DNA of 35,270 nucleotides from Bacteriovoracaceae bacterium (GCA_035306925.1 DATGND010000277.1:1-35270), one strand, 5' to 3'; counted from the stretch's first letter, positions 16,923 through 27,898 are shown. Numbers and translations are program-made. Notes: generated by a model from the letters alone, not told the origin.

Positions 16923-18849
16923 AAAGTCTCTTGACCTGACCTCTGGTAATGATCATTGAATTCATTTTCTTGATCCAAATACCATCACTGAAGGTCCAGT
17001 AGGTAGAAAGCCCATTAAGCTTGGACTGATTCTTTAAATTCTTATCGAGCTCATCACGATCCGAGGCGTTTCGTGCGTTTTTCAGAATATCATGCCCCAG
17101 AATCATAGCATCCAATGCCAAGACTTCGGTGATACTCGGTGTTCTACCATAGAGCTCTTTATAATTATCAAGCATAGATTGATTGGCCTCTTCCGGATCA
17201 TCTCCCACAAAGTACAACGTTCCTAAACTTCTTTGTTCCTTAACCATAGTGTTATAGACCCAAGAAGGACCACCAACGATCTTTAAATTTTTAGCATCGA
17301 AATAAGATAAAGTCGGAATAAGCTGTGTGGCCTGATGAGGGTAGCTTGCTAAGAAAACCCAATCAAAGTCGATAACCGGCGGTAGAGTTTGAACTCGACG
17401 AATAGAAGACCTTTCAACAGAGTAAACATCCTGAAGAAGCTCTAACTCTTCTGATCTCTCACGGGGATAAGCAAGTCCTAAGAAAAGCTTAGCAGCATCT
17501 CGATAATCGTGAGTATTTTTAGGGAAAGAAGAAATACTAGAAATCTTTAAACCTTTCTCAGCACCCTTTCTCCAAATCTCATCGATATAGGCCTTTCCGC
17601 CTTCATCATCAGGGAAGATAACCCCCACACGTTTACCAAACTTATTAATCATCTGATCCGAAATCAGTGCTTCCACCTGTGACTCAATAGAACCCTGAAT
17701 TTCAATCAGGTGATGATTTTTTTCTTCCTTAGGAAGATTAATTTGAGACAGAGAAATATAGAGAACACCATATTTTCTGGCTTCCAGGTATTCAGACTTT
17801 GCTGTCTCAGGGAAGAGGCCACCGATAATAAAAGAGACTTTGTTTTCTCTAATAAGATCAAGAATTGCCTGAGCTCCTTGTGCCGGTGAGTTCATAGAGT
17901 CTTTAGTGAAAATAGTGACTTTCTCACCATTTTCTAATTTCTTTAAACCGGTATCAATTCCCGATAAAGCTTTTTGACCAAAAGAAGCATATCTCCCACT
18001 TAGAGGAAGAACTAAACCCACATGAGTTCCAACCATTCTTGAAGAACTTTCAAGTCGAAATTCAAAGTCTTTAACAAAACGTTTTACTTCTTCATTAGAA
18101 GAATACTCAGAGGAGAGCCACTTAATAACATCTTTTACTCCTCTCTTATCACCATTGATGTAACGGTTTTCTGCTTCATTTTGGGCCAGGATCGCTAAGG
18201 CCACATTTTCTGAGCCGGAGAACTGATCCAAAATTCTAATTTTATCCTTCTCACTCAATTGATTCCAGGCTTCCGACATATTAGAAAAGAGTTTAGATGA
18301 ACGGACTTCATCCATCGTTTCAACATTTTCTAATAAAATAATAGCAGCGGTTGCTACAAGTCTTGGGCTTTCCGTTTTAGATCCGAAGGCCAGAATCAAC
18401 TGCCCATATTTTTTTCTCTCTTCCACCGAAAGAGAACCAAGATCAATTTTTTGTAATGATTTATCCAGACTCTGAAACTCTCCCAGACGGAAATGAATAC
18501 TGGCAAGGTTGAGCTGAATCTGAGAATAAAGGTGAGTTTTTTTAGGTGCGTTTTTTTCAGCGATTTCAAAATTAAGTAAAGCAGCCTCTACTTCATTAAG
18601 ATTAAAAAGAATCACCCCTTTCAAGTTATATTTAAGGGCCATTTCTACCGGAGTAAGATTTTGATCCTCCAGTCGTGCCAATTCTTCAAGGGCCAGTTGA
18701 TGCTCGTGATTCTTAGTATGTTCTCTAGCAGAATCGAGAGCCGCTCTAGAAGCCGGTGAGATTTGACTTTCATCAATCGTTTTACGTGGGCTAATCTGAG
18801 CACAGTTGGTGACCACTAAGAGTAAGCATAGGATGAGAATGCGCATCAA
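16915..18849 (-). CDS. LpoA/LppC-like penicillin-binding protein activator lipoprotein
   Basis: Lipobox VVTNC and N-terminal TPR-like helices. C-terminal periplasmic-binding-protein fold (GLVLPLSGRYASFGQ, IIGGL, PPVIDFD). Confidence 0.8.
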   Translation of the reverse strand: MMRILILCLLLVVTNCAQISPRKTIDESQISPASRAALDSAREHTKNHEHQLALEELARLEDQNLTPVEMALKYNLKGVILFNLNEVEAALLNFEIAEKNAPKKTHLYSQIQLNLASIHFRLGEFQSLDKSLQKIDLGSLSVEERKKYGQLILAFGSKTESPRLVATAAIILLENVETMDEVRSSKLFSNMSEAWNQLSEKDKIRILDQFSGSENVALAILAQNEAENRYINGDKRGVKDVIKWLSSEYSSNEEVKRFVKDFEFRLESSSRMVGTHVGLVLPLSGRYASFGQKALSGIDTGLKKLENGEKVTIFTKDSMNSPAQGAQAILDLIRENKVSFIIGGLFPETAKSEYLEARKYGVLYISLSQINLPKEEKNHHLIEIQGSIESQVEALISDQMINKFGKRVGVIFPDDEGGKAYIDEIWRKGAEKGLKISSISSFPKNTHDYRDAAKLFLGLAYPRERSEELELLQDVYSVERSSIRRVQTLPPVIDFDWVFLASYPHQATQLIPTLSYFDAKNLKIVGGPSWVYNTMVKEQRSLGTLYFVGDDPEEANQSMLDNYKELYGRTPSITEVLALDAMILGHDILKNARNASDRDELDKNLKNQSKLNGLSTYWTFSDGIWIKKMNSMIITRGQVKRLFN

Positions 18850-18902
18850 TTTTCCTTTGAGAAACTAAAGAAAGTTAGATTGATTTTAGCGCCTAAAAAA
18901 GT

Positions 18903-18924
18903 AAGGGGCCAGTACTGGCCCCTT
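18903..18924 (-). terminator. Rho-independent terminator after dnaJ
   Basis: Perfect palindrome AAGGGGCCAGTACTGGCCCCTT with T-tracts on both strands. Confidence 0.8.
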
Positions 18925-18940
18925 TTTCTTGTGATAAAAA

Positions 18941-20083
18941 TTATTGGAATAATTCACGAACTCGATCGAAGAAACCTTTACTCATTGGGTTAGAGTTTTG
19001 ATCCAATTCAGCAAGGCGAGCAAAAAGCTCTTTCTGCTCTCGAGATAACTTCGTCGGAGTTTCCACATGAATGGTGATGATTTGATCACCAAAACCATAT
19101 CCTCCTAACTTAGTTATACCCTTATTTCGAAGTTTCATTTTCTGACCACTTTGCGTTCCTTCTGGAACTTTCATGGCCACTCTTCCACCAAGGGTAGGAA
19201 CTTCAATTTCAGCCCCCAGTGCCGCTTGTGAGAAACTAATCGGCACTTCACAGTGAACATCAAATTCATCTCGACGGAAGAATTCATGCTCTTTAATACG
19301 GATCACTACATAAAGGTCACCACTTGGACCACCATAAAGACCCGCTTCACCTTGACCACTTAGTTTTAGACGTTGACCTTCATCAATACCGGCCGGAACT
19401 TTTACAGAAAGCTTCTCTTGTTTCTTTGTTCTACCAGCTCCATGACAAGTTCCACATGGATCTTTAATCATCTGACCTGAACCATGACATTTAGGACATG
19501 GCTGAGCGATGGTGAAAAAGCCTTGTTGACGTCTAACTTCCCCATGACCGTGACACATATCACAGGTCGTAGGACCTGAACCAGGTTTAGCACCAGAACC
19601 ATTACATGTTTTACAAGTTGTTGAGCGGTATATAGAGATTTCTTTTTCACATCCAAAAGCTGCTTCTTCAAAACTTATTTCTAATTCAGTTTGAAGATCA
19701 TCTCCCATTTGTGCGCGAGTTCTTCCACCGCGGGCCCCACGTCTGCGGCCACCACCTAGAATATCTCCAAAGATATCTCCGAAAATATCTCCAAGGTCTC
19801 CAAAGTCTCCAGCACCAAAGCCGCCGCCGAATCCACCACCAGGACCTCCACCCATTTGCGGGCCATCGTGTCCGAATTGATCATACATCCTTCTTTTTTC
19901 ATCATTCAGTAGAATGTCTGCAGCATGGCTAGCTTCCTTAAAAATCGCTTCGGATTCTTTATTTCCCGGATTTTTATCTGGGTGGTGTTGCATAGCTATT
20001 TTTCGGTAGGCTTTTTTGATTTCATCTTTGGAAGCCGTACGGGCAACACCCAAAACTTCATATAAATCGCGCTTAGTACTCAT
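18941..20083 (-). CDS. dnaJ: Chaperone DnaJ
   Basis: J-domain HPD, a G/F-rich region and four CxxCxGxG motifs. Confidence 0.98.
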   Translation of the reverse strand: MSTKRDLYEVLGVARTASKDEIKKAYRKIAMQHHPDKNPGNKESEAIFKEASHAADILLNDEKRRMYDQFGHDGPQMGGGPGGGFGGGFGAGDFGDLGDIFGDIFGDILGGGRRRGARGGRTRAQMGDDLQTELEISFEEAAFGCEKEISIYRSTTCKTCNGSGAKPGSGPTTCDMCHGHGEVRRQQGFFTIAQPCPKCHGSGQMIKDPCGTCHGAGRTKKQEKLSVKVPAGIDEGQRLKLSGQGEAGLYGGPSGDLYVVIRIKEHEFFRRDEFDVHCEVPISFSQAALGAEIEVPTLGGRVAMKVPEGTQSGQKMKLRNKGITKLGGYGFGDQIITIHVETPTKLSREQKELFARLAELDQNSNPMSKGFFDRVRELFQ

Positions 20084-20104
20084 AAGATATCCGCATTTTT
20101 TGTT

Positions 20105-20128
20105 AAAAAAGCCCTTCTAACGAAGGGC
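20105..20128 (-). terminator. Terminator hairpin between dnaK and dnaJ
   Basis: Minus strand GCCCTTC-GTTA-GAAGGGC-TTTTTT. Confidence 0.75.
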
Positions 20129-20162
20129 CTTAACTTTTTAAAAAGTAAAACTAAATGAAAGA

Positions 20163-22070
20163 TTACACTTCCTTGTAGTCAGCATCAACTACATCATCTC
20201 CATCTTTCTTCTTTTCGTCTGCTGATTCGGTTTGTCCACCGGCACTCGCACCGGCATCAGCTCCGGTTCCCTGATACATGTACTGGGCCAGGCTGTGAGC
20301 GACGTTTTGAAGTCTTTCAGTCGCTGCTTTAATTTCGTCAAGAGACTCTGAAGTGAGTTTTGTTTTTGCTTCATTAATTGCTCCTTCAAGCTCAGTCTTC
20401 TTATCAGCAGGCATTTTATCTCCCGCATCTTTCATTGCTTTTTCAGAAGCAAACACTAAGCTATCTAAGTTATTTCTAGCATCAACAATTTCTTTTCTTT
20501 TGTGGTCTGCTTCACGGTTCATCTCAGCATCTTTCACCATTCTCTGGATTTCTTCTTCAGTTAGACCAGAGCTTGAAGTGATCACGATATTTTGAGACTT
20601 ACCAGTCGCTTTATCTAGAGCAGAAACGTGTACGATACCGTTAGCGTCAATATCAAATGTCACTTCGATTTGAGGAACACCACGCGGAGCTGGTGTAATA
20701 CCCGTTAGATCAAAGCGACCTAGAGTTTTGTTATCGTTTGCAAACTCACGCTCACCTTGAAGAACGTGGATCGAAACAGCTGGCTGGTTATCTACTGCTG
20801 TAGAGAACACTTGAGATTTCTTAGTAGGGATAGTTGTGTTCTTTTCAATAATTTTAGTGAACACACCACCAAGAGTCTCAATACCAAGTGAAAGCGGAGT
20901 TACGTCTAGTAGAAGAACGTCTTTAACATCTCCACCTAGTACACCACCTTGAATTGCAGCACCGGCAGCAACCACTTCGTCAGGGTTAACACCTTTAGAA
21001 GGCTCTTTACCAAAGATCTCTTTAACTTTAGCTTGAACGATTGGAGTACGAGTTGCTCCCCCTACTAGAATCACATCAGAGATCTCATCTAGAGAAAGTC
21101 CGGAATCCTTAATCGCTACACGGCAAGGCTCAGCTAGACGATCAATAAGATCACTAATCAGAGACTCAAATTTTGCACGAGTAAGGTTTAGGTTTAAGTG
21201 CTTAGGTCCAGTCGCATCCATTGTAATAAATGGAAGGTTAATATCAGTTTGAGTCACTGAAGAAAGCTCATGCTTTGCTTTCTCTGCAGCTTCTTTCAGA
21301 CGCTGAAGTGCCATTGTATCTTGTTTAAGATCAATACCAGTGTCTTTTTTGAATTCGTCTGCAATCCAGTTAATGATTCTGTAGTCGAAGTCCTCACCAC
21401 CAAGGAAAGTATCCCCATGAGTTGACTTCACTTCGAATACACCGTCACTAGTGATTTCAAGAATTGAAACGTCGAAAGTACCACCACCAAGGTCGAATAC
21501 AGCTACGTTTCTATCTTTCTTAGAATCAAGTCCGTAAGCAAGTGCTGCTGCTGTAGGCTCGTTGATAATACGCTTAACGTCAAGACCAGCAATACGACCA
21601 GCATCTTTAGTTGCTTGTCTTTGAGCATCGTTGAAGTAAGCAGGTACAGTAATAACTGCTTCAGTTACTGGCTGACCAAGATAGTCCTCAGCTGCTTTCT
21701 TCATTTTTTCAAGAATCTTAGCCGAGATTTCTTGCGGAGAATATTCCTTCCCTTCAGCTTTTACCCAAGCATCTCCGTTTTTGTTAGCGAAGATTTCAAA
21801 TGGTGCCACTTCCTTAAAGTGTGAAACTTCACCGTCAGTCGCTTTACGACCAATCAGACGTTTAATACCAAAAAGTGTTTTAGTTGGGTTAGTGACCGCT
21901 TGTCTTTTAGCCACTTGTCCAACAAGCGTTTCTCCGTTATTGGCGAAACCAACAACTGATGGAGTTGTATTGTGTCCCTCTGCATTTGGAACAATTTTAT
22001 AATTCCCGTTCTCCATTACAGAGACACAAGAGTTGGTAGTACCTAAGTCGATTCCGATGATTTTTCCCAT
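20163..22070 (-). CDS. dnaK: Chaperone DnaK (Hsp70)
   Basis: [27 protein letters not shown] and [11 protein letters not shown]. Confidence 0.99.
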   Translation of the reverse strand: MGKIIGIDLGTTNSCVSVMENGNYKIVPNAEGHNTTPSVVGFANNGETLVGQVAKRQAVTNPTKTLFGIKRLIGRKATDGEVSHFKEVAPFEIFANKNGDAWVKAEGKEYSPQEISAKILEKMKKAAEDYLGQPVTEAVITVPAYFNDAQRQATKDAGRIAGLDVKRIINEPTAAALAYGLDSKKDRNVAVFDLGGGTFDVSILEITSDGVFEVKSTHGDTFLGGEDFDYRIINWIADEFKKDTGIDLKQDTMALQRLKEAAEKAKHELSSVTQTDINLPFITMDATGPKHLNLNLTRAKFESLISDLIDRLAEPCRVAIKDSGLSLDEISDVILVGGATRTPIVQAKVKEIFGKEPSKGVNPDEVVAAGAAIQGGVLGGDVKDVLLLDVTPLSLGIETLGGVFTKIIEKNTTIPTKKSQVFSTAVDNQPAVSIHVLQGEREFANDNKTLGRFDLTGITPAPRGVPQIEVTFDIDANGIVHVSALDKATGKSQNIVITSSSGLTEEEIQRMVKDAEMNREADHKRKEIVDARNNLDSLVFASEKAMKDAGDKMPADKKTELEGAINEAKTKLTSESLDEIKAATERLQNVAHSLAQYMYQGTGADAGASAGGQTESADEKKKDGDDVVDADYKEV

Positions 22071-22090
22071 ATATTTCTCCTTAACTTAAA

Positions 22091-22627
22091 TTATTGTTTA
22101 TCGCTAGCAACGACGACTTTAGCCGCTCTGAGAAGTCTTCCATTCAGGACATAGCCCTTTTGATATTCTTTCACTACTTCATTTGGCTTCTTGCCCTCAA
22201 CATACTCTTGGGCCATAGCTTCATGAAAATTAGGATCAAAATCTTTTCCTAGAGATTCAACTTGAGTAAGTCCGTGCCTATCCAACTTATCTAGAAAAAG
22301 CTTATTAACCATGTCCAAACCAACCACTAAGTTTTTAACTTTTTGATCTTCATCAGGACGGAGCATATCAATGGTTCTTTCTAAGGTATCAATCACCTCT
22401 AAAAGATCTGATAACACTTTCTCGTTACCAAATTTAATTATACTTTCTTTCTCTCTTTCCATGCGCTTTCTATAATTGTCGTGTTCAGCGGCAAGGTAGA
22501 AATACTTCTCTTTATAATCGACTTCATCTTTCTTCGCTTCAGTTTCCGCATTCTCAGCCTCTACTTGGGCCGTTTCATTTTTTTGCTCTTCAGCTTGAGT
22601 TTTTTCTTTGTTTTCTTGGTTTTCCAT
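22091..22627 (-). CDS. grpE: Nucleotide exchange factor GrpE
   Basis: AEHDNYRKR, FDPNFHEAM and QKGYVLNGRLLRAAKV. Confidence 0.97.
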   Translation of the reverse strand: MENQENKEKTQAEEQKNETAQVEAENAETEAKKDEVDYKEKYFYLAAEHDNYRKRMEREKESIIKFGNEKVLSDLLEVIDTLERTIDMLRPDEDQKVKNLVVGLDMVNKLFLDKLDRHGLTQVESLGKDFDPNFHEAMAQEYVEGKKPNEVVKEYQKGYVLNGRLLRAAKVVVASDKQ

Positions 22628-22664
22628 TTCAATCCCTAGGGTTCACATTTCGTTTACAACACCA

Positions 22665-22691
22665 AGATGGGCTCACTTTGTTTAATGTCAA
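22665..22691 (-). promoter_or_regulatory. Sigma32 (RpoH)-type heat-shock promoter for grpE-dnaK-dnaJ
   Basis: Minus strand TTGACA-N13-GCCCATCT, against the consensus TTGAAA-N13/14-CCCCATNT. Confidence 0.65.
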
Positions 22692-22749
22692 TGTTTGGGG
22701 ATAATAAAAAATTATGAATCTTTGTAACTGGCGAAAATATAAGTGTTTT

Positions 22750-23856
22750 CTATATGCCTGAGAGAAAGAGTTCATCCATCAAGGAGTCAAGAATCACGAA
22801 GCCCTGAGAGTTAAGAATTACTCTTGGCGTCATAGACCTCACTAGACCGCGCTCTTCCCACGAGTGAAGAGTTTCTTCTAGTTTTTTAGAAAGCTGCTGC
22901 TCATTTGGCTTCCATCCCGAGCTTGTTCTCAGCTCCAAGTAAATCCGTTCTAACTCAAGTTCCTCTTCCCCTAAATTTTCGACCTCAAAGCGAGCACTCC
23001 CTGGCTTCCACTTGTATCTAATGGCCTTGTGAGAGTTAAACTTGATTAGCCCCGTTCCGGTTGGGCCTAGGGCCGCTACATTTTCGGAATTCCAGTATTT
23101 CTTGTTATGAAGAGATTCATACCCTGCGCGAGCAAAGTTAGATACTTCGTACTGATGAAGCCCCTTCTCTTCTAGAAAAGCACAAACATCCAGGTACTCC
23201 TGGCGAATATATTCATCATCGGGCATATAATCAGACTGTGGGTACTTACTCCTCGCATTCAGAATATATAAAGAAACGTGATGAGGATTAAAACTAAGAA
23301 AAGACTCCAGCTCTTTAATGACGTTTCTTTGATGAGTCTTTGAATGAGGAACACCTAAAAGAAAATCAAAGGAAAAATTGATTCCGCTTTCACAGGCCTT
23401 CTCAAGAAGTAAGTATGATTCATTCAGAGAATGGGCCCGATCTAAAATTCTTAAAAATTTTTCATCTAAACTTTGAGTTCCTATGGAAAGACGATTGACA
23501 CCGACTTCCTGCCAGGAAGAAATCATGCCTTCATTCCAAGTTCCCGGATCAACTTCTAAGGTAAACTCTCTCACTTTTGGAGCAGGAAGAAGACTCGCCA
23601 TAAAAGCAGCTCCCCTCTCTCCCCAAAGACTAGGGGTCCCTCCTCCCAAGTACACACTGTCCCAAACACTTGCCCAGGAAATATTCTCAGTGCGCATCCA
23701 TTCTTCATGCACTTTCCACGACTCAAGAAGATAATTTTCGAATTCTTGAAATTGAGTATCAGAGTCCTCTAATTTCTTTTTGAAGAAATCACAGTAGTTG
23801 CAAAGGTGCTTACAGAAAGGCACATGCAGGTAAAGACTCGAGACTAAATTTGTCAT
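22750..23856 (-). CDS. hemW: Radical SAM heme chaperone HemW-like protein
   Basis: YLHVPFCKHLCNYCDF, GGGTPS, YEVSNFA and HNKKYW. The likely start is MTNLV at 23856. Confidence 0.88.
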   Translation of the reverse strand: MTNLVSSLYLHVPFCKHLCNYCDFFKKKLEDSDTQFQEFENYLLESWKVHEEWMRTENISWASVWDSVYLGGGTPSLWGERGAAFMASLLPAPKVREFTLEVDPGTWNEGMISSWQEVGVNRLSIGTQSLDEKFLRILDRAHSLNESYLLLEKACESGINFSFDFLLGVPHSKTHQRNVIKELESFLSFNPHHVSLYILNARSKYPQSDYMPDDEYIRQEYLDVCAFLEEKGLHQYEVSNFARAGYESLHNKKYWNSENVAALGPTGTGLIKFNSHKAIRYKWKPGSARFEVENLGEEELELERIYLELRTSSGWKPNEQQLSKKLEETLHSWEERGLVRSMTPRVILNSQGFVILDSLMDELFLSGI

Positions 23857-23948
23857 TTCAAGAAAATCCTTCAAAAACAAGTATCCTATGAGATAATAGT
23901 GGTTAAGCCGCCATCTGGCACGCTCCAAGATTTCTAACAAGGAAAAAA

Positions 23949-26504
23949 ATGAAAATTGAACAAGTTCAAATGAAGAACGAATTAAATACGTTATTTATTC
24001 ACTCACCAGGTTCCACAGCAGCCACGGTGCAAATGTGGTTTCGTGCAGGAAGTGCACTGGAAGAATCAAGCAACGAAGGAATCGCTCACTTTCTTGAGCA
24101 TATGTTCTTTAAGGGAACTCCCACAAGACCAGGACCCAAGCTGGCGCATGATATTGAATCATACGGGGGAGAAGTTAATGCTTTTACTTCCTTTGATTAC
24201 ACTTGTTACTACATTAACACTCCTAATCCTTTTTTAAATAAGTCAGTGGATATCTTACTGGATATGGTGGCCAACCCTCTCTTCAGTCTTGATGAAATTC
24301 CACCTGAAAGACAAGTAGTGCACGAAGAATATCGTCGAGCGATGGATAATCCTTCGCAGTTTAACTTTCTTCAATTGCAGAAAAATACATTTAAACATGG
24401 TTACGCTCATCCCATTCTTGGACGCGAAGAAACTATTTTAAATTTTTCTCAGGAGCAACTTAAAGAGTTTCGCCAAAAGTACTACAACCTTGAGAATGCT
24501 TTACTGGTAGTAGCTGGTGATCTTTCTAACCGCGAAGAAATCGAGGAGAAAATTAATTCCTTTAATCTACCTCATGGAGACAAGTCTCACTTCCCCGCTT
24601 TTGAACTACAAGAAAAGCCAAGCATCAACATCCACGACAAAGACATTCGTCAGGCAACACTAACCATCAGTTTCCAAGCTCCCAATTATGAAGGCGAAGA
24701 AACTGCGGCTCAAGACCTTGCCATTAATTGTCTCGCTCACGGTGAAACCTCTCGTTTTTACCAGGCCCTAGTAGCGAAGACTTCTCTCTGTAACGGTATT
24801 GCAGGCTCCACCATGTATTTTGCCAATGGTGGTGTGCATATGATTCGCATGAGTTTTCCTCTGGAAAACCTTCCAAAAGTTGAAAAGCTATTCATCCAAA
24901 CTTTAAAAGAAGCAGTGACCAAGGGGCTCACTGAAGATGAACTGACTAAAATTAAAAATCAGTACATCTCTTCTAAGGTTTATGAACGAGAATCCATTGA
25001 GTCCTTTGCTTTCAGCTTAGGCCATGGATTTGCTCAGTCTGGAAACATTTACTGTGAGGATGCTTTTATCGAGCGCATTCACAGCACTACTCAAGAAGAT
25101 GTCTGGCAGGGGCTCCTTAAGATTCTTAAGGAAAGCTCTCACTTTAATCTGCAAGTTCCTAAAGGTCAGATCAAACCTGCTATCAATAAGACGCTATCAA
25201 GCTGGCAAAAAAACATCAGTGCTCTTGCTAAGACTAAGATTAAAGCTTCTAAGTCTACACTTATAACTTCAAAGTATGATCCGGCGGTGAAGGTCACTCA
25301 AATTAAGCCAGGGATTAAATTTATCTATCGCCAAAATAAACTGACTCCAACTTTTGTTCTCCATGCTTATCTAAAAGGTGGACAATCCGCTGAGACAGCG
25401 CGAACTGCAGGAACTCATCATCTGATGAGCCGTCTACTTAGTTACGGTTACCAAGGCTGTAAATATGAGAAACTAAAAAGCGAGTTAGAGTTTGTCTCAT
25501 CTTACCTAACGGGTTTCTCAGGAAAGAATGCCTATGGGGTTACTCTCCACGGACAGACAAAAGATTTTTCAATGCTAACCAATCACTTTTTTGGCACTCT
25601 TAAAAAACCAGAGTTCCCTAAAAAGTTTTTTGAACATGAAAGAAAGATTATTTTAAGGGCCATTGATAATCAGAAAGAAGATCCACTCAAGCAGGCCTTC
25701 AAAAAATATTATTCTCTGGTTTTTAAAGATCATCCTTACTCTTTAGATCTTGCAGGTACTCCGCAGACTCTTAAGTCTTTTACTCCTACTGGTTTTAGTC
25801 GTCTTCATTCTCAAAATTTAAAAAGATCAGAAATGGTCTTAACTTATTGTGGAGATCTGGACTACTCCACAGTTCTCAAAATGATTCAGGAAATGACGGC
25901 GGATCTTCCTGCCAGAACTCTTATTAAAAAAGAAAAGAAAAAACCTAGTCCAATCATCGGGCAAAATGAACATCTCTTCTTTGATCGTGAGCAAACCCAG
26001 ATCATTATCGGAAAGCCTGCTTTCCCGCTTGGAAAGATTGAAGACCTTTACCTAAAAATGATTACCGCTCACCTTTCTGGACAAAGCTCTGACCTTTTTG
26101 TTGAGGTTCGTGATCGCCAAGGTCTCTGCTACTCAGTTTCCCCTGTTCATGTATCAGCTCTAGAAGCCGGATGCTGGGGAATCTATATTGGTTCAGGAAA
26201 CGATAAAACTGAAAATGCCATCAAGGCCATTCAAAATATTCTCAAAGGGCTTGCAGATAACGGAATCACCAAAGAGGAATTCAATCGGATTAAAACGATG
26301 ATTGATGGACAGACTCTTCTAGGGATTCAAACCAATGAAGATTATGCTCAAGTCTACTCTATTCCGGTTCTTCATGGGCTTAGCCTTGATCACGCTCATC
26401 GAAATAACGAGCTGATCAGAAATACTAAATATGAGGACTTTCAAAAGTTCTTGAAAAAATTCATGAAAGGCAAATGGAATATCGTTCGCGCAGGTAAAAA
26501 CTAA
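23949..26504 (+). CDS. M16-family zinc peptidase, double length
   Basis: HxxEH (HFLEH), NAFTS and LFVEVRDRQGLCYSV. The second half lacks the metal motif. No signal peptide. Confidence 0.93.
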   Translation: MKIEQVQMKNELNTLFIHSPGSTAATVQMWFRAGSALEESSNEGIAHFLEHMFFKGTPTRPGPKLAHDIESYGGEVNAFTSFDYTCYYINTPNPFLNKSVDILLDMVANPLFSLDEIPPERQVVHEEYRRAMDNPSQFNFLQLQKNTFKHGYAHPILGREETILNFSQEQLKEFRQKYYNLENALLVVAGDLSNREEIEEKINSFNLPHGDKSHFPAFELQEKPSINIHDKDIRQATLTISFQAPNYEGEETAAQDLAINCLAHGETSRFYQALVAKTSLCNGIAGSTMYFANGGVHMIRMSFPLENLPKVEKLFIQTLKEAVTKGLTEDELTKIKNQYISSKVYERESIESFAFSLGHGFAQSGNIYCEDAFIERIHSTTQEDVWQGLLKILKESSHFNLQVPKGQIKPAINKTLSSWQKNISALAKTKIKASKSTLITSKYDPAVKVTQIKPGIKFIYRQNKLTPTFVLHAYLKGGQSAETARTAGTHHLMSRLLSYGYQGCKYEKLKSELEFVSSYLTGFSGKNAYGVTLHGQTKDFSMLTNHFFGTLKKPEFPKKFFEHERKIILRAIDNQKEDPLKQAFKKYYSLVFKDHPYSLDLAGTPQTLKSFTPTGFSRLHSQNLKRSEMVLTYCGDLDYSTVLKMIQEMTADLPARTLIKKEKKKPSPIIGQNEHLFFDREQTQIIIGKPAFPLGKIEDLYLKMITAHLSGQSSDLFVEVRDRQGLCYSVSPVHVSALEAGCWGIYIGSGNDKTENAIKAIQNILKGLADNGITKEEFNRIKTMIDGQTLLGIQTNEDYAQVYSIPVLHGLSLDHAHRNNELIRNTKYEDFQKFLKKFMKGKWNIVRAGKN

Positions 26505-26507
26505 GTC

Positions 26508-26530
26508 AGGGGGTCTTAACAGGACCTCCT
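26508..26530. terminator. Hairpin between convergent genes
   Basis: AGGGGGTC-TTAACAG-GACCTCCT. Confidence 0.5.
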
Positions 26531-27060
26531 TAACTTACCTTTCTTCCCAGATACAAAACATCCTCAAAAGAAGACTTGTTTTGCGACTTAAAAGTTTCAA
26601 TTGAAAACTTTTTTAAAAGTAGACCTACTCGATCAAAACTGGTCGCCAGCATATGATAAAAACACGGGATATCCAAATATTGGGGCGAAAGATTATTCAA
26701 TCTCTCATAAGCATTCTTACCAACGTGCACATAATAACTTTCATCAACAAACTTTTTTTTAATGGAATCACTAAAATAGCTTGAAACCAAAAGAGAAGTA
26801 TCGGCTACATCACGAAGAACTTTTACTTGTTCCGTCACGGGCAACTCTGAAGATTCCAGAAGTTTTAAGCCTAGAATTTTTTCCTTCACCTTCCCCTCTT
26901 GCACCTCGAAGTAATTCTTGGAAAGACTCAATCGTTCGAGAAGATCGGAAGAATAGTAAATGAGGGATTGAGGGATGGGGCAGGGAGATTCATTGTTGAT
27001 AGTACTGAGAGATTCGAAAAAATAGGCCTTAAGACTGGGGCTAAGAATGATTTGGGTCAT
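26530..27060 (-). CDS. Conserved hypothetical protein
   Basis: GGAGG RBS. The motif LRDVADTSLLVSSYFSDS...YYVHVGKNAY resembles a widespread uncharacterised family. Confidence 0.8.
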   Translation of the reverse strand: MTQIILSPSLKAYFFESLSTINNESPCPIPQSLIYYSSDLLERLSLSKNYFEVQEGKVKEKILGLKLLESSELPVTEQVKVLRDVADTSLLVSSYFSDSIKKKFVDESYYVHVGKNAYERLNNLSPQYLDIPCFYHMLATSFDRVGLLLKKFSIETFKSQNKSSFEDVLYLGRKVS

Positions 27061-27080
27061 GAAGCTCCTCCTCTTAAGTC

Positions 27081-27089
27081 ATTATAACA
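27081..27089 (-). promoter_or_regulatory. Extended -10 promoter for the 176-aa hypothetical
   Basis: Minus strand TGtTATAAT just upstream of GGAGG and the ATG. Confidence 0.55.
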
Positions 27090-27175
27090 TACAAAATCAC
27101 TTTTTTAGGCAGGGCACAATTTTCCACCAACATAGTTATCAACGAAAAATTAAGAATTTATCTTAAAATGTTGAT

Positions 27176-27898
27176 ATGAAACGTTTGAAATTGCTCTTCG
27201 CCTTAGCGCTGCTGATGCTCACTCTTCCTACTTGGCGCTTTATTGATATGGTGGCGTGGATTGATATTAATAAAACTTATCTAGTTGTTCTCCTATTTGC
27301 TTGGAGTACTTTATTTTTAATCGTTCCCATTTCTCTGGTTTATAAAAGGTTTTTTATTCCTGGCACCGTTTTAAACTTGTGCTTTACGATCCTCGCACAA
27401 TTTTTTCTGCCTGAATTTTCTTCCCACACTCAAGACCAACCAGAAGCACGTCACTGTTCGCTTCTTCACTACTCAGGCTTTTTTTACCCTATTAAATCCA
27501 TTCTACCTGCTGCCCACGAAGATGATCTGATGATCAGAAACCAAATCTGCTGGATGAGAAAATTAGAAAAATCAGTTCCAGATCAACTCTCTAAACATGA
27601 AATTAATGTCTATAGAAACCTCATTGAAGAAAAACTTTTTTTACCGGAAGTAAAGTGGAAGACTAGCTTACCTTTTCTTATTCCCATTTATCTTCACTTC
27701 TCTGATTCCGGACTTGAGTATCTCGAAGCTCAAAAATTTTGGAACAACCATTACACTGCGGAAGTGCAAAATCGAGACTATAATTTTTTGAGTTATCCAC
27801 ATTCGAGTTACATTAAATGGGAATATGGATTAGTAGAAAAATATTGGGCGGGTTTTTTAGACGAAGTCGAAATTGTCGAAGAAGAAAAGGGGCCATAG
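27176..27898 (+). CDS. Hypothetical membrane protein with about 3 N-terminal TM helices
   Basis: 240-aa ORF with a hydrophobic N-terminal third, ending at a bidirectional terminator. Confidence 0.75.
   Translation: MKRLKLLFALALLMLTLPTWRFIDMVAWIDINKTYLVVLLFAWSTLFLIVPISLVYKRFFIPGTVLNLCFTILAQFFLPEFSSHTQDQPEARHCSLLHYSGFFYPIKSILPAAHEDDLMIRNQICWMRKLEKSVPDQLSKHEINVYRNLIEEKLFLPEVKWKTSLPFLIPIYLHFSDSGLEYLEAQKFWNNHYTAEVQNRDYNFLSYPHSSYIKWEYGLVEKYWAGFLDEVEIVEEEKGP

Noticed and set aside
18903-18924. 22-bp perfect palindrome as an operator or mobile-element end
   Set aside because: A GC-rich stem with T-tracts right after dnaJ is explained as an intrinsic terminator.
23857-23940. hemW N-terminal extension, and TGGCAC near 23916 as a sigma54 promoter
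   Set aside because: The extension is non-homologous, and the -12 TTGC element is missing at the required spacing.
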